From positions 329,178 through 393,177 of the forward strand of contig JBGAJA010000001.1 in assembly GCA_044225175.1 (NCBI GenBank): 64,000 nt of DNA. The letters run 5' to 3'. The position numbers and the translations under genes are program-made. The first letter of the stretch is position 1. Each line of letters begins with the position of its first letter. Under the pieces are notes generated by a model, which was not told where the DNA came from, did not search any database, and was given only the letters and a program-made list of their open reading frames with translations. This document shows positions 9,796 to 18,768 of this stretch, piece after piece. Source of the stretch: Candidatus Omnitrophota bacterium. GTDB lineage: Bacteria > Omnitrophota > Gorgyraeia > Zapsychrales > Fredricksoniimonadaceae.

Positions 9796-10887
9796 ATGAC
9801 ATCACAAGAATCGCTGTTGGTATTAAATGCCATTCCTGGCATGAAAGGAGAGGTTATTCAAAAATTGATAAAGATTTTTGGAGGACCTAGAGAGATTTTT
9901 ATGCAGCAGCACCAGGATCTCTTGAATCTTGGAATTTCTTCTAATCTTGCAACAAATATTGTTCATTTTCCTAAAGATAAATTTTTGCAGGAAGAATTTA
10001 ATTTAATCCTGAAAAAAGGCATTAGAACAGTCACAATTTTTGATGAAGAATATCCTGATTCTTTAAAATCAATCGATCATGCTCCGCTTGTTCTTTATTT
10101 AAAAGGGGACTTAGGTCTTTTAATGTCGCCAGCCATAGCTTTGGTGGGGGCTAGAAAAGCAACTCAGTATGGATTAAAAGTAGCTGAAGAATTTGGTTGT
10201 AGTTTTAGTAAGGCTGGATTAACTGTGGTATCAGGGATGGCCTTAGGTATCGATACAGCCACGCATAAAGGTGTTTTAAAAATTGGAGGAAAAACCATTG
10301 CCGTTATGGGCTGCGGTCTAAATCATATTTATCCTAAAGAAAACATGGGTTTATTTGAAGAAATTGCAGAACATGGATTATTGATCTCTGAGTTCCCTAT
10401 GGATACTGCTCCATTAAGCTATAATTTCCCTCGAAGGAATCGCATCATTAGCGGATTGAGTCTAGCTACAGTTATAGTGGAAGCAGCTCAAAGAAGTGGC
10501 GCTTTAATCACAGTTGACTTTGCTTTAGCCCAGAATAAAGAAATTTTTGTTGTTCCAGGGAACATTGACAGCACATACTCTCAAGGAACTAATCGTCTGA
10601 TAAAGGAAGGGGCAAAGATAGCTTTATCTGCTCCAGAGGTCATGTTAGAACTTGGAATAACTATCAATGAAGAGTTAAAACAAGAGGAGCAAAAAGAGAA
10701 AATTCATGTTCCCTTATCAGTTGAAGAATATACAATCTATGAGTTAGTTAGCAATGAACCTCGTCATATTGATGTGATCTCCGTAAATTCTGGTCAAGAG
10801 ATTGGAGTTTTGATGGGGCAAATGTTAAACTTAGAACTTAAAGGCGTTATTAAACAATTGCCTGGACAGTATTATGTACGAATTTAA
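9796..10887 (+). CDS. dprA: DNA-processing protein DprA (Smf)
   Basis: 'LVGARKATQYGLKVAEEFGCSFSKAGLTVVSGMALGIDTATHKG' Rossmann core. Conserved dprA-topA synteny. Confidence 0.9.
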   Translation: MTSQESLLVLNAIPGMKGEVIQKLIKIFGGPREIFMQQHQDLLNLGISSNLATNIVHFPKDKFLQEEFNLILKKGIRTVTIFDEEYPDSLKSIDHAPLVLYLKGDLGLLMSPAIALVGARKATQYGLKVAEEFGCSFSKAGLTVVSGMALGIDTATHKGVLKIGGKTIAVMGCGLNHIYPKENMGLFEEIAEHGLLISEFPMDTAPLSYNFPRRNRIISGLSLATVIVEAAQRSGALITVDFALAQNKEIFVVPGNIDSTYSQGTNRLIKEGAKIALSAPEVMLELGITINEELKQEEQKEKIHVPLSVEEYTIYELVSNEPRHIDVISVNSGQEIGVLMGQMLNLELKGVIKQLPGQYYVRI

Positions 10888-10931
10888 TGTAGGGGTGGGT
10901 TAACCCTCTCCCTTACGATAAAAAGGATTAT

Positions 10932-12926
10932 ATGGCTAAAGCATTAGTTATCGTTGAATCTCCCGCCAAGGTTAAGACAATCAATAAGATACTGGGAAAG
11001 AAGTTTAAGGTCACGGCTTCTATGGGGCATTTGATTGATTTACCTCGCTCTAAGATGGGTGTAGATATTGAGCATGATTTTGCTCCTGGTTTTATTGCTG
11101 TCAGAGCCAAGATGAAAACTTTGAAGAAATTGAAAGAAGAAGCTAAAGATGTGGATGAAATCTATATTGCAACTGATCCGGATCGTGAAGGGGAAGCTAT
11201 TGGTTGGAACTTAATTGAACATATTGCTAAGGGTAAGAAGGTTCTGCGAGTTGTCTTTCATGAAATCACAAAGGATGCGGTAAAGAAAGCTTTTGAGAAT
11301 CCTCGTGAATTCGATATGAAGAAAGTTGATGCTCAAAATGCTCGTCGGGTATTAGATCGTATCGTGGGATATGCGATTTCTCCAATTCTTTGGAAAAAGG
11401 TTGGTTCAAGATTAAGTGCAGGTAGGGTTCAGTCGGTAGCATTGCGTTTGATTGTAGATCGTGATAGTGATATCAAAAAATTTATTCCAGTGGAGTACTG
11501 GCAAATTGCTGTGGATCTTCAGAAAAAAGGAGTAAAGGATCTTTTAACAGCAGCTCTTGAAAAGATTGATGGAATTAAGGTTGATCTAAAGGCAGAAGGC
11601 CAAACTAAGAGTACTGTTAAAGAGATCAAAGAGCAGACTTTTAAGATTGCGGCAATTAATAAAAAACAAGTTAAGCGCAATGCCCCTGCACCTTTTATTA
11701 CGAGTTCTCTTCAACAAGAAGCTTTTGGAAAATTAGGTTTTAATACTTCTCGTACCATGTCTATCGCCCAAGGGCTTTACGAAGGGGTTGAGATTGGAGA
11801 GGAAGAACCTGTTGGTTTGATTACTTACATGCGTACGGATTCATTTAATATTGCTAATGAAGCCCTCGAGAATGTCCGTGCTTACATTAAGAAGCAGTAT
11901 GGTTCAGAATATCTGCCTGAAATACCCAATAAATTTAAGACAAAGAAGAGTGCTCAAGAAGCTCATGAAGCCATTCGTCCAACAGATATTCTTCGTAAAC
12001 CTGAAGATCTGAGAGACTTCCTAGATGAAGATCAATTTCGTCTCTATAATCTTATTCATAAACGTTTTATTGCCTGTCAGATGACGCCAGCTGTTTTTGA
12101 TCAAACTAAGATCGAAATTGGAGCTGGCCGTTTTACTTTTGGAGCTTCAGGATCGTCTTTGAGCTTTGCGGGATATTTATCTGTGTATAAAGATGGAGAT
12201 GAGCAGGAAGAAGGCAAGCTTGATCCCTCTAATTATGCTAAAGATGACATTCTAGAATTAATTGACCTTAAATCCACCCAGCATTTCACAAAACCTCCAG
12301 CCAGATATTCTGAAGCTAGTCTTGTTAAGGCATTGGAAGAAAATGGTATTGGAAGACCTAGTACATACGCATCAATCATTGGGACCTTGGTTGCCCGTAA
12401 TTATGTTGTGCGCGAAAGGGGTTATTTTGATGCCACAGATTTGGGGATTAAAATTTGTCTGCTTTTGATGGAATACTTTAAGAAGATTATGGATATTGGT
12501 TTTACAGCTCACATGGAAGAAGGTCTTGATTCAATTGAAGAGGGTCAGACAACCTATGCTGTATTGCTTAAAGACTTTTATGGTCCTTTTAAAGAAGAAT
12601 TGGATCATGCGGATGCCAATATCCAAAAGACCCATGTCACAATCAATAGAAATTGTCCTGAATGTGGAAAACCTTTAGCAGTCAAATGGGGACGGCGTGG
12701 AAGATTTATCAGTTGTACTGGATTTCCTGATTGCAAACATGCAGAACCTTTCACTACAGATGTTCCTTGTCCACAAGAGGGTTGTACAGGAAAGTTGGTT
12801 GAACGCCGTGCCATGCGTGGAAACACGTTCTATGGATGTAGTCGTTTCCCCGAATGTAAATTCATTGCTAATAAACTACCTGTTGCTCCAGTTGCCAGCC
12901 TGCCTACCGGACAGGCAGGCCCATGA
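10932..12926 (+). CDS. topA: DNA topoisomerase I
   Basis: Toprim N-terminus 'LVIVESPAKVKTI', the 'DPDREGE' motif and C-terminal C4 zinc ribbons. Confidence 0.95.
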   Translation: MAKALVIVESPAKVKTINKILGKKFKVTASMGHLIDLPRSKMGVDIEHDFAPGFIAVRAKMKTLKKLKEEAKDVDEIYIATDPDREGEAIGWNLIEHIAKGKKVLRVVFHEITKDAVKKAFENPREFDMKKVDAQNARRVLDRIVGYAISPILWKKVGSRLSAGRVQSVALRLIVDRDSDIKKFIPVEYWQIAVDLQKKGVKDLLTAALEKIDGIKVDLKAEGQTKSTVKEIKEQTFKIAAINKKQVKRNAPAPFITSSLQQEAFGKLGFNTSRTMSIAQGLYEGVEIGEEEPVGLITYMRTDSFNIANEALENVRAYIKKQYGSEYLPEIPNKFKTKKSAQEAHEAIRPTDILRKPEDLRDFLDEDQFRLYNLIHKRFIACQMTPAVFDQTKIEIGAGRFTFGASGSSLSFAGYLSVYKDGDEQEEGKLDPSNYAKDDILELIDLKSTQHFTKPPARYSEASLVKALEENGIGRPSTYASIIGTLVARNYVVRERGYFDATDLGIKICLLLMEYFKKIMDIGFTAHMEEGLDSIEEGQTTYAVLLKDFYGPFKEELDHADANIQKTHVTINRNCPECGKPLAVKWGRRGRFISCTGFPDCKHAEPFTTDVPCPQEGCTGKLVERRAMRGNTFYGCSRFPECKFIANKLPVAPVASLPTGQAGP

Positions 12927-13798
12927 AACAACATCTAGAGAAATTCCTCTCTTATCTAGAAGTTGAAAAAAATTACTCGTCTCACACCTTGCTTAATTAC
13001 AAACTTGATTTGCAAGAATTTGCTACATTCCTAGGTACAACTCCAGTCGAGCAATCTGACTACACTACGTTACGTCGCTTTCTAGCTCAAATGAGAACTC
13101 AGAATTTGAAGCCTCGCAGTGTTGCTCGTAAGCTTTCATCGCTTCGAAGTTTTTTTAAATACCTACAAAGAGAGAAAATTGTCTCTACGAATCCAGCTTC
13201 TTTATTGGTTACGCCAAAGTTAGATAAGCCCCTACCACATTTTTTAAGCGAACAAGAAGCCACTCAAATCATCGAATCCCCAGGAAAAAAAGACTCAAAA
13301 AAGGTGTCAGACACCTTTTTAAGAGATAAAGCTATCTTTGAGACTTTATACTCTACGGGAATACGTGTAAGTGAGCTTGTGGGTCTAGATATTGATGATG
13401 TGGATTTCATTAGTAATATTATCAGGGTTATGGGAAAAGGAAGAAAAGAACGTTTAGTTCCTATAGGGGATAAGGCCTTGGAAGCACTGCAGTTTTATAT
13501 AGACAAGCGAACTCAAAAAGGTAATATCCTTTTTCTAAATAAAAATTCCACACGTTTAACAAGCCGCAGTGTCTCCAATATCATTAATAAATATGTTCTC
13601 CAAGAAGCTATGGCTCAACATATCACTCCACACATGTTCCGCCACTCATTTGCAACCCATCTTCTCAACCGCGGAGCAGATTTACGATCAGTTCAAGAGC
13701 TATTGGGCCATGTAAATCTTTCTACAACGCAAATTTATACCCACCTGACTACCGATAAACTTAAGAAAGTCTATGACAAGGCTCATCCAAGGGCGTGA
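12923..13798 (+). CDS. Tyrosine recombinase, XerC/XerD family (housekeeping, translationally coupled to topA)
   Basis: Core-binding N-domain and catalytic 'HMFRHSFATHLL...LGHVNLSTTQIYTH' (R..H..R/H..Y). ATGA overlap with topA. dprA-topA-xerC synteny as in Firmicutes. Confidence 0.85.
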   Translation: MKQHLEKFLSYLEVEKNYSSHTLLNYKLDLQEFATFLGTTPVEQSDYTTLRRFLAQMRTQNLKPRSVARKLSSLRSFFKYLQREKIVSTNPASLLVTPKLDKPLPHFLSEQEATQIIESPGKKDSKKVSDTFLRDKAIFETLYSTGIRVSELVGLDIDDVDFISNIIRVMGKGRKERLVPIGDKALEALQFYIDKRTQKGNILFLNKNSTRLTSRSVSNIINKYVLQEAMAQHITPHMFRHSFATHLLNRGADLRSVQELLGHVNLSTTQIYTHLTTDKLKKVYDKAHPRA

Positions 13799-13882
13799 TT
13801 AATAAAAATTTATTAATTATTTACAATGATATTAAAATGCTTATTATCAGTAATTATTAATATATTTAAAAAAGGAAGATCA

Positions 13883-14113
13883 ATGAAAATCGTTAGCAGT
13901 AGAGAAATGCTAAGAGACCAAGATGTTTTAAAAGAAATTAATCGTTATAAATGGATCCAAAGTGAAAAAGAAGGATCAGATATTGGTTTTGAAAGAGCTG
14001 CAAGAGAGTGGATTAATTCTTATTCCAATTCATACCTTAATAGCCATCCCGGAAAAGCGACATCGATGTTAATTACCAGTTTTTTTAACACAGAAATTCA
14101 TATTAAATATTGA
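13883..14113 (+). CDS. Small conserved hypothetical protein, paralog of 32712-32948
   Basis: Shares 'L.D..V..EINR.KW..SE..G.DIGFE.AA..W' with the ORF at 32712. AAAGGAAG RBS precedes the ATG at 13883. Confidence 0.55.
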   Translation: MKIVSSREMLRDQDVLKEINRYKWIQSEKEGSDIGFERAAREWINSYSNSYLNSHPGKATSMLITSFFNTEIHIKY

Positions 14114-14144
14114 TTTTAAATCAAATTTGTTCAATATTTTGTAT

Positions 14145-14180
14145 TGACAATTTCCTTTTTATTTGTAATATATAACTCAT
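14145..14180 (+). promoter_or_regulatory. Putative sigma70-type promoter (TTGACA, 17 bp spacer, AATATA/TATATA) in the long AT-rich leader
   Basis: TTGACAatttcctttttatttgtAATATAtaact lies about 240 nt upstream of the 14421 operon. Confidence 0.35.
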
Positions 14181-14309
14181 ATTGATGATAAATCAATAAT
14201 TCGATTCCCCATCGAATAAAGAAGTTATTCAAATAATCTCCCCAAAGCAACAACGTTTAATGAAATCTCCAAAAGTTTTAGAATTTTATGAAACATATCA
14301 AAATAATCA

Positions 14310-14336
14310 AATTGTGTCCGTAGTGCTGACACAATT
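14310..14336 (+). promoter_or_regulatory. Perfect 9-bp inverted repeat in the 5' leader of the pilin-collar operon
   Basis: AATTGTGTC-cgtagtgct-GACACAATT. No trailing U-tract, so an operator or RNA structure is more likely than a terminator. Confidence 0.4.
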
Positions 14337-14420
14337 GAGTTGGACAAACCATTTGCTCATTCTTTCAAAAACAAAGAAACTGCATGAATATTTCATGTTA
14401 GGTCAAGGAGGTTTGCAAAT

Positions 14421-15320
14421 ATGAAATACTATTTTAAGTTTCAAAAAGCTTTTTCTTTAATTGAAATGTCCATTGTCATGGCAGTTATGGCGGTTTTAGC
14501 TTCTTCGGTTGTTCCGATTGCGATTCGATCTGTGGAGGTGAGGGCTGGGGAAAAAACGGCATTAGAAATGGCTATGATTCAAGAGGCTAGTCAAAATTAT
14601 TTGATTGATAATCATTTATGGCCTTCTGATATAGCAGAATTGCAGGCGAAAGGTTATTTGAACCCTGACTGGATACCTCATAATCCGTGGCATAATTCTA
14701 ATCATAATAATTTGTACGTACTTTCTGCTACGAATTCACTTTTGACAGTATCAACAGATGTTCCTCAGCAATGGTCTAATCTGGTAGCCAGTCATTTGCC
14801 CGGCATTACTATTATTTCTTTGGACAATGGTTATAGCACGGTTTCAAGCAGTATATCCGTCTCAGATAGACACAATAGTGTTCCTACTGGAACAATTATT
14901 CCTTGGTCAGCACCGGTAGATAAGATCCAGGAAGGGTATCTTTTGTGCGATGGCCAAAGTATTAGTCGTGAGAATTTCTCTGATCTTTATTCAGTTATAG
15001 GTACTACATATGGCAGCGATGATACCTCGACTTTTAAAGTTCCTGATTTAAGAGGAAGAACAATAGTTGGATTTAATCATCTGGATGAAGATTTTGGTAC
15101 GCTTGGTCAAGCGGGAGGTGCTAAATCTCACTCTCATATCACTGACGGAAATACGGACTCTGTTCAGATTCGAAATGGGGGGAATTGGAGAATAGACGAT
15201 AACTCAGGTGGGAGTGATTACAATGTTATTGATCCTCATAATCATCACGTGAGGATCCAAAGTGATTCTCAAAAGAATCTATCTCCCTATGTAACAGTGC
15301 ATTTTGTCATTAAAACATAA
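14421..15320 (+). CDS. Fusion protein: type IV pilin-like N-terminus + phage tail-collar (PF07484-type) C-terminal domain
   Basis: N-terminal 'FSLIEMSIVMAVMAVLASSVV' prepilin-like helix with Glu+5. C-terminal 'GYLLCDGQSISRENFSDLYSVIGTTYGSDDTSTFKVPDLRGRTIVG' collar signature. GGAGG RBS. Confidence 0.65.
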   Translation: MKYYFKFQKAFSLIEMSIVMAVMAVLASSVVPIAIRSVEVRAGEKTALEMAMIQEASQNYLIDNHLWPSDIAELQAKGYLNPDWIPHNPWHNSNHNNLYVLSATNSLLTVSTDVPQQWSNLVASHLPGITIISLDNGYSTVSSSISVSDRHNSVPTGTIIPWSAPVDKIQEGYLLCDGQSISRENFSDLYSVIGTTYGSDDTSTFKVPDLRGRTIVGFNHLDEDFGTLGQAGGAKSHSHITDGNTDSVQIRNGGNWRIDDNSGGSDYNVIDPHNHHVRIQSDSQKNLSPYVTVHFVIKT

Positions 15321-15340
15321 ACGATTTTTAGAGAAATCGT

Positions 15341-16123
15341 ATGGTATTTATCCTTATATTCGTTCTGATTCTTTCATCCAATGCTTGGTCTCAGGGAGAT
15401 TTTGATGAACAGAGATCTACGTTATCAAAGTTAGCCGATGAAAGTTGTATTGGAATAGTGCCCTTGGGAGTTTGTCCAAAGGCGAAACATGTGGTTGGTG
15501 CTTTAGTATTATTAAGGGAACCAAGTTTAATCATTCAAACAATTAAGAAAAGCGGGGCTTCTTCCGGAGGCTTAAACGATGGGAATTTACAATTTAATGA
15601 GGTTCGTGTGCTTAATAATCCTTTAGCCAGAAGCTTTCATCAAGCTATTTGTTCGGATCTTCCGGATACTTCGCCCGAAATTTATTATATTTCAGAGCCA
15701 GATGCTCTTGGTTGGAAAGAAGGGAGCTTTGAAAGAAATCTTCCCCAGAGTAGGGTTGCCTCTCAAATAGCCTCTCAATGCTTTCGATTGCCTTTGGGGG
15801 CTCAAGACCAATGTATGAAAACTTGGGGGACACTTTATCCACGGACAGGTTTTATAGTCTCTTCAAGTGAGCCGATGGCTTCAGCCGTTAGCGCAGTCCG
15901 AGCGGTCAGTATTGCTAAAGATCCAGCTCCAGCCCATATTGTTGAATCAAGGTTGCAGTATTCTTTTAATATCAAAGAAGATAAGTTACAAATGATTCAG
16001 CCTGTAACCTCGGTTTCTTGTATCTCTATTGGACAAAACCCTTCAAGTTGGGAAAAAGGCAAAACATCAAAGGATGGTCAGTATGTCTGGTTTTATTGGA
16101 ATTGGCGTCTGTGTTGTATTTAG
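15341..16123 (+). CDS. TraU-like Cys-rich periplasmic protein (F-type conjugative-pilus assembly family), short form
   Basis: Signal peptide. Cys-containing blocks CIGIVPLGVCP, EIYYISEPDALGW, CFRLPLG..C..W and C-terminal 'SSWEKGKTSKDGQYVWFYWNWRLCCI' match TraU blocks as I recall them. Confidence 0.4.
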   Translation: MVFILIFVLILSSNAWSQGDFDEQRSTLSKLADESCIGIVPLGVCPKAKHVVGALVLLREPSLIIQTIKKSGASSGGLNDGNLQFNEVRVLNNPLARSFHQAICSDLPDTSPEIYYISEPDALGWKEGSFERNLPQSRVASQIASQCFRLPLGAQDQCMKTWGTLYPRTGFIVSSSEPMASAVSAVRAVSIAKDPAPAHIVESRLQYSFNIKEDKLQMIQPVTSVSCISIGQNPSSWEKGKTSKDGQYVWFYWNWRLCCI

Positions 16124-16142
16124 AATTGTGGTGTTTGGGTTG

Positions 16143-16448
16143 ATGATTTCAATCTCCTATGCTGCAAATCCTTACAAAATGGGTGAGGTGGATTATTTTC
16201 AACAGCACAACTCTTCAGATTCTTCACAAATGAATCAAAAGTCTTCCTTTGATTTCAGAGAACCTTCTGTGACTGCAGAGGGACAAATTTCTTACTATAC
16301 TCCACCATCAGCTGTTTCCAATTTGCTTGCCAATCCTACATCTGAAAATGCCAGGGCTTATATAAATTGGCAGAAACAAAAAGTGCAAAGGATTATTAAA
16401 GCTCAAGAAATGATTGAGAAAGTAAGCTTAGAAATGACAAAGAGATGA
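16143..16448 (+). CDS. Hypothetical small secreted/membrane-anchored protein
   Basis: ORF overlaps the TraU-like gene. Start chosen at MISISYAANPY. An earlier in-frame ATG at 16074 is also possible. TM/signal segment present. Confidence 0.35.
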   Translation: MISISYAANPYKMGEVDYFQQHNSSDSSQMNQKSSFDFREPSVTAEGQISYYTPPSAVSNLLANPTSENARAYINWQKQKVQRIIKAQEMIEKVSLEMTKR

Positions 16449-17677
16449 TCTATATTCTTATGATTTGTTTATTTCTTCCGAAGTTGTCTTGGGGAGATAT
16501 TTTTTCTAAACCCTCCGAAAGTCCTGATTTAGATCATTTTTTAACCCAAGATGTCAATAATTCTTATTATCGAAATGGGTATGAATATAGTCCTTATGAA
16601 ACGACTAGTCATGCGTATGAGTTTGAAAGACAAAATACTCTAGGGTATAGTTACTATGATTTTCATCGAAGTTTGAAAAACTTTATTGCTAAACCCGATG
16701 AGGATATTGATGAGCTTATGAATAAGCTTTCAGCGCCATCTTCCAGGCTATTATTTTGGCAGTATAGCTCACCTTCCGTCGCTGATTTATACAAGAATTT
16801 GAATACAATTGGACATCTAAGACTGGCACTCCGATATCAACAATATGAAGATATGGAAAAAGCCGTCAATGATCCCTTAGTTAAGCTTAGAAAACAAGCT
16901 GTTTTAGACTGTATCAGGCGGGACTCTAATGATGATATTGAGGTTTCTTTAAGTGATTGCTTTGACAATTTACATAATAAAGGAGTAGAACCTTTTAAAG
17001 AATTAAATGAACCAGGTGATGGTGAAGACTTTATTAAGGGTAAGATTAATATCACAGAAAGGGTGTTAGATCGGGTTAATTTAGATCATCAGGATGTAGG
17101 AGCTGTTAAGAAGATTACCCCAAGGGTATTTATAGATAAGAATTCTGTGTTTGTGAAGGCTCCTCAATTTAGAAGTAGAGAATTGATCAATCAATATAGA
17201 GATGAGTTTATGGGCAAGCTTAAAGGAATAGTTGAGGAATATAGAAAAACGAAGACTTTTAAAGCTCAGGAAGCAGCTTCACTCTCAGTTTTTGGGGTAC
17301 CTTTAACAGAAGGTCAAATCAAGAATATGGCCATACTTGATGAAACTGCTGCATATTTAGCGGTAAACAAGGTTTCTTTCAATCTCGCCTATCTAAAGAC
17401 TATTGATCAGTTTCTTTTAGCTTCAGAAATGTTAGGTCGTGTGATGTCTCACCCTGCTATTCAACCAGGATATAAATTATTGTTAAAAAGTAGTCTGGAT
17501 TACATTTCCACAGAAATTATTGTTTTGAGAGAAGAAAAGAATCGTTTGAATGACTATGCAGATGCAATGCGTACTATTCTAGATCAGGCGGACCAATTAA
17601 GGATCAAGACCATTAAGTCTATTAGAGATAAATCTCAAGATTCTCAAGAGAAAGGATTGTTTAGGTTAAATCCATGA
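16445..17677 (+). CDS. Hypothetical secreted protein (410 aa), same operon
   Basis: Signal peptide MIYILMICLFLPKLSWG. No recognisable domain. Stop overlaps the yraN start. Confidence 0.5.
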   Translation: MIYILMICLFLPKLSWGDIFSKPSESPDLDHFLTQDVNNSYYRNGYEYSPYETTSHAYEFERQNTLGYSYYDFHRSLKNFIAKPDEDIDELMNKLSAPSSRLLFWQYSSPSVADLYKNLNTIGHLRLALRYQQYEDMEKAVNDPLVKLRKQAVLDCIRRDSNDDIEVSLSDCFDNLHNKGVEPFKELNEPGDGEDFIKGKINITERVLDRVNLDHQDVGAVKKITPRVFIDKNSVFVKAPQFRSRELINQYRDEFMGKLKGIVEEYRKTKTFKAQEAASLSVFGVPLTEGQIKNMAILDETAAYLAVNKVSFNLAYLKTIDQFLLASEMLGRVMSHPAIQPGYKLLLKSSLDYISTEIIVLREEKNRLNDYADAMRTILDQADQLRIKTIKSIRDKSQDSQEKGLFRLNP

Positions 17678-18048
17678 GGAATCAATCATTAGGTCAGATG
17701 GGAGAGGTTCTTGCTTGTCAATATCTTTTAGGCAAAGGATATATGATTTTGGACAAAAATTTTCGCAATAAGCTTGGAGAAATAGATTTAGTGGCCAAAG
17801 ATGGAAAAACTATCTGTTTTATTGAGATTAAAACGAGAAGATCTTCTGAATATGGAGAGCCTTTTTTGGCTGTAAATTCGACAAAACAGCATAAAATGGT
17901 TCAATTAGCCTTAAGTTATCTCAAATATAAATTCCGTAGCACAGAAGTTTTATCACGATTTGATGTAATTTCTATTCATTTTAAACAAGAAGAGCCTATT
18001 CTGAACCATCTCGTCAACGCCTTTGATTTAAGCTATTTAAGTCATTGA
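17674..18048 (+). CDS. yraN: YraN family (UPF0102) predicted endonuclease
   Basis: 'GE.LA..YL...GY.IL..N.R...GEIDLVA.DG....FIEVK.R' is the canonical YraN pattern. Confidence 0.85.
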   Translation: MRNQSLGQMGEVLACQYLLGKGYMILDKNFRNKLGEIDLVAKDGKTICFIEIKTRRSSEYGEPFLAVNSTKQHKMVQLALSYLKYKFRSTEVLSRFDVISIHFKQEEPILNHLVNAFDLSYLSH

Positions 18049-18114
18049 CAAAGCAAATTTTATCCAGTAAACTCGCAACATATTTATAAACCTAGATTTT
18101 TTAAGGAGGATTGG

Positions 18115-18288
18115 ATGGAGAAATTATCTTTCTACGATGTAAAAACCAAAGGAAAATTTGAAACAGATGATTATTCTGTTAAAGAAAAAAGTGGACGCTT
18201 TTTCGCTGTTGCAAAATCTCCAAAAGGCACACATGAGTGCTGGCGCGTATTAAGCAAAGACCAAGCTGCCAAAATGAAGAAGAAATAA
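18115..18288 (+). CDS. Small basic protein (57 aa), not in the ORF track
   Basis: Strong RBS TTAAGGAGGattggATG. MEKLSFYDVKTKGKFETDDYSVKEKSGRFFAVAKSPKGTHECWRVLSKDQAAKMKKK. Confidence 0.45.
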   Translation: MEKLSFYDVKTKGKFETDDYSVKEKSGRFFAVAKSPKGTHECWRVLSKDQAAKMKKK

Positions 18289-18294
18289 GCGGGA

Positions 18295-18708
18295 GTGGTT
18301 TCTATCCGAAGTAAAGCATTGACTTCCAAACAATTAGCTAACAAAATTGCTCAACTGGCTAGCGAAAAGAAGGCCCAGAATATCGTGATTCTTGATATGC
18401 GAGGACTGGTCAATTTCTGTGATTATTTTGTCATATCGACTGGAACTTCCGATCGTCAAGTCAAGGCTATAGGGCAAAGTATTGATGAGGGTTTAAGTAC
18501 TCTTGGAATTAAAGCCAATTTTGGGCGAAGTTCTAAAGGTTTAACGCCAACTGAGCTTAATGATGGTGTGGGTGCTTGGGTTCTTTTGGATATGGGAGAT
18601 GTAGTTGCCCACATTTTTGAGTCAAGTGCTAGAGATTTTTATGGTTTAGAACATCTCTGGCAGGATGCTCCATCGGTCGAATATAAAGAACGAAAAAAAT
18701 CCAAATAA
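18295..18708 (+). CDS. rsfS: Ribosome silencing factor RsfS (Iojap)
   Basis: 'DMRG...DYFVI.TG.S.RQV.AI...I' Iojap pattern. Exact start uncertain. Confidence 0.8.
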   Translation: MVSIRSKALTSKQLANKIAQLASEKKAQNIVILDMRGLVNFCDYFVISTGTSDRQVKAIGQSIDEGLSTLGIKANFGRSSKGLTPTELNDGVGAWVLLDMGDVVAHIFESSARDFYGLEHLWQDAPSVEYKERKKSK

Positions 18709-18721
18709 CCTTTAAGGATTA

Positions 18722-18768
18722 GCCCCCACTGCTTCGCTTTGCGAAGCAAAGCGGTGGGGGTTTTCTTA
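18722..18768 (+). terminator. Rho-independent terminator after rsfS
   Basis: About 18-bp GC-rich stem CCCCCACTGCTTCGCTTTGC/GAAGCAAAGCGGTGGGGG with G-U wobbles, followed by TTTTCTT. Confidence 0.75.

Noticed and set aside
10895-10915. GGGTTAACCC palindrome / GGGGTGGGTT...AACCCTCTCCC structure after dprA, considered as a terminator
   Set aside because: There is no downstream U-tract and the loop is very short. It could equally be a restriction-type palindrome.
12262-12966. Four short alternate-frame ORFs within the topA 3' region
   Set aside because: They are embedded in the conserved TopA zinc-ribbon coding frame.
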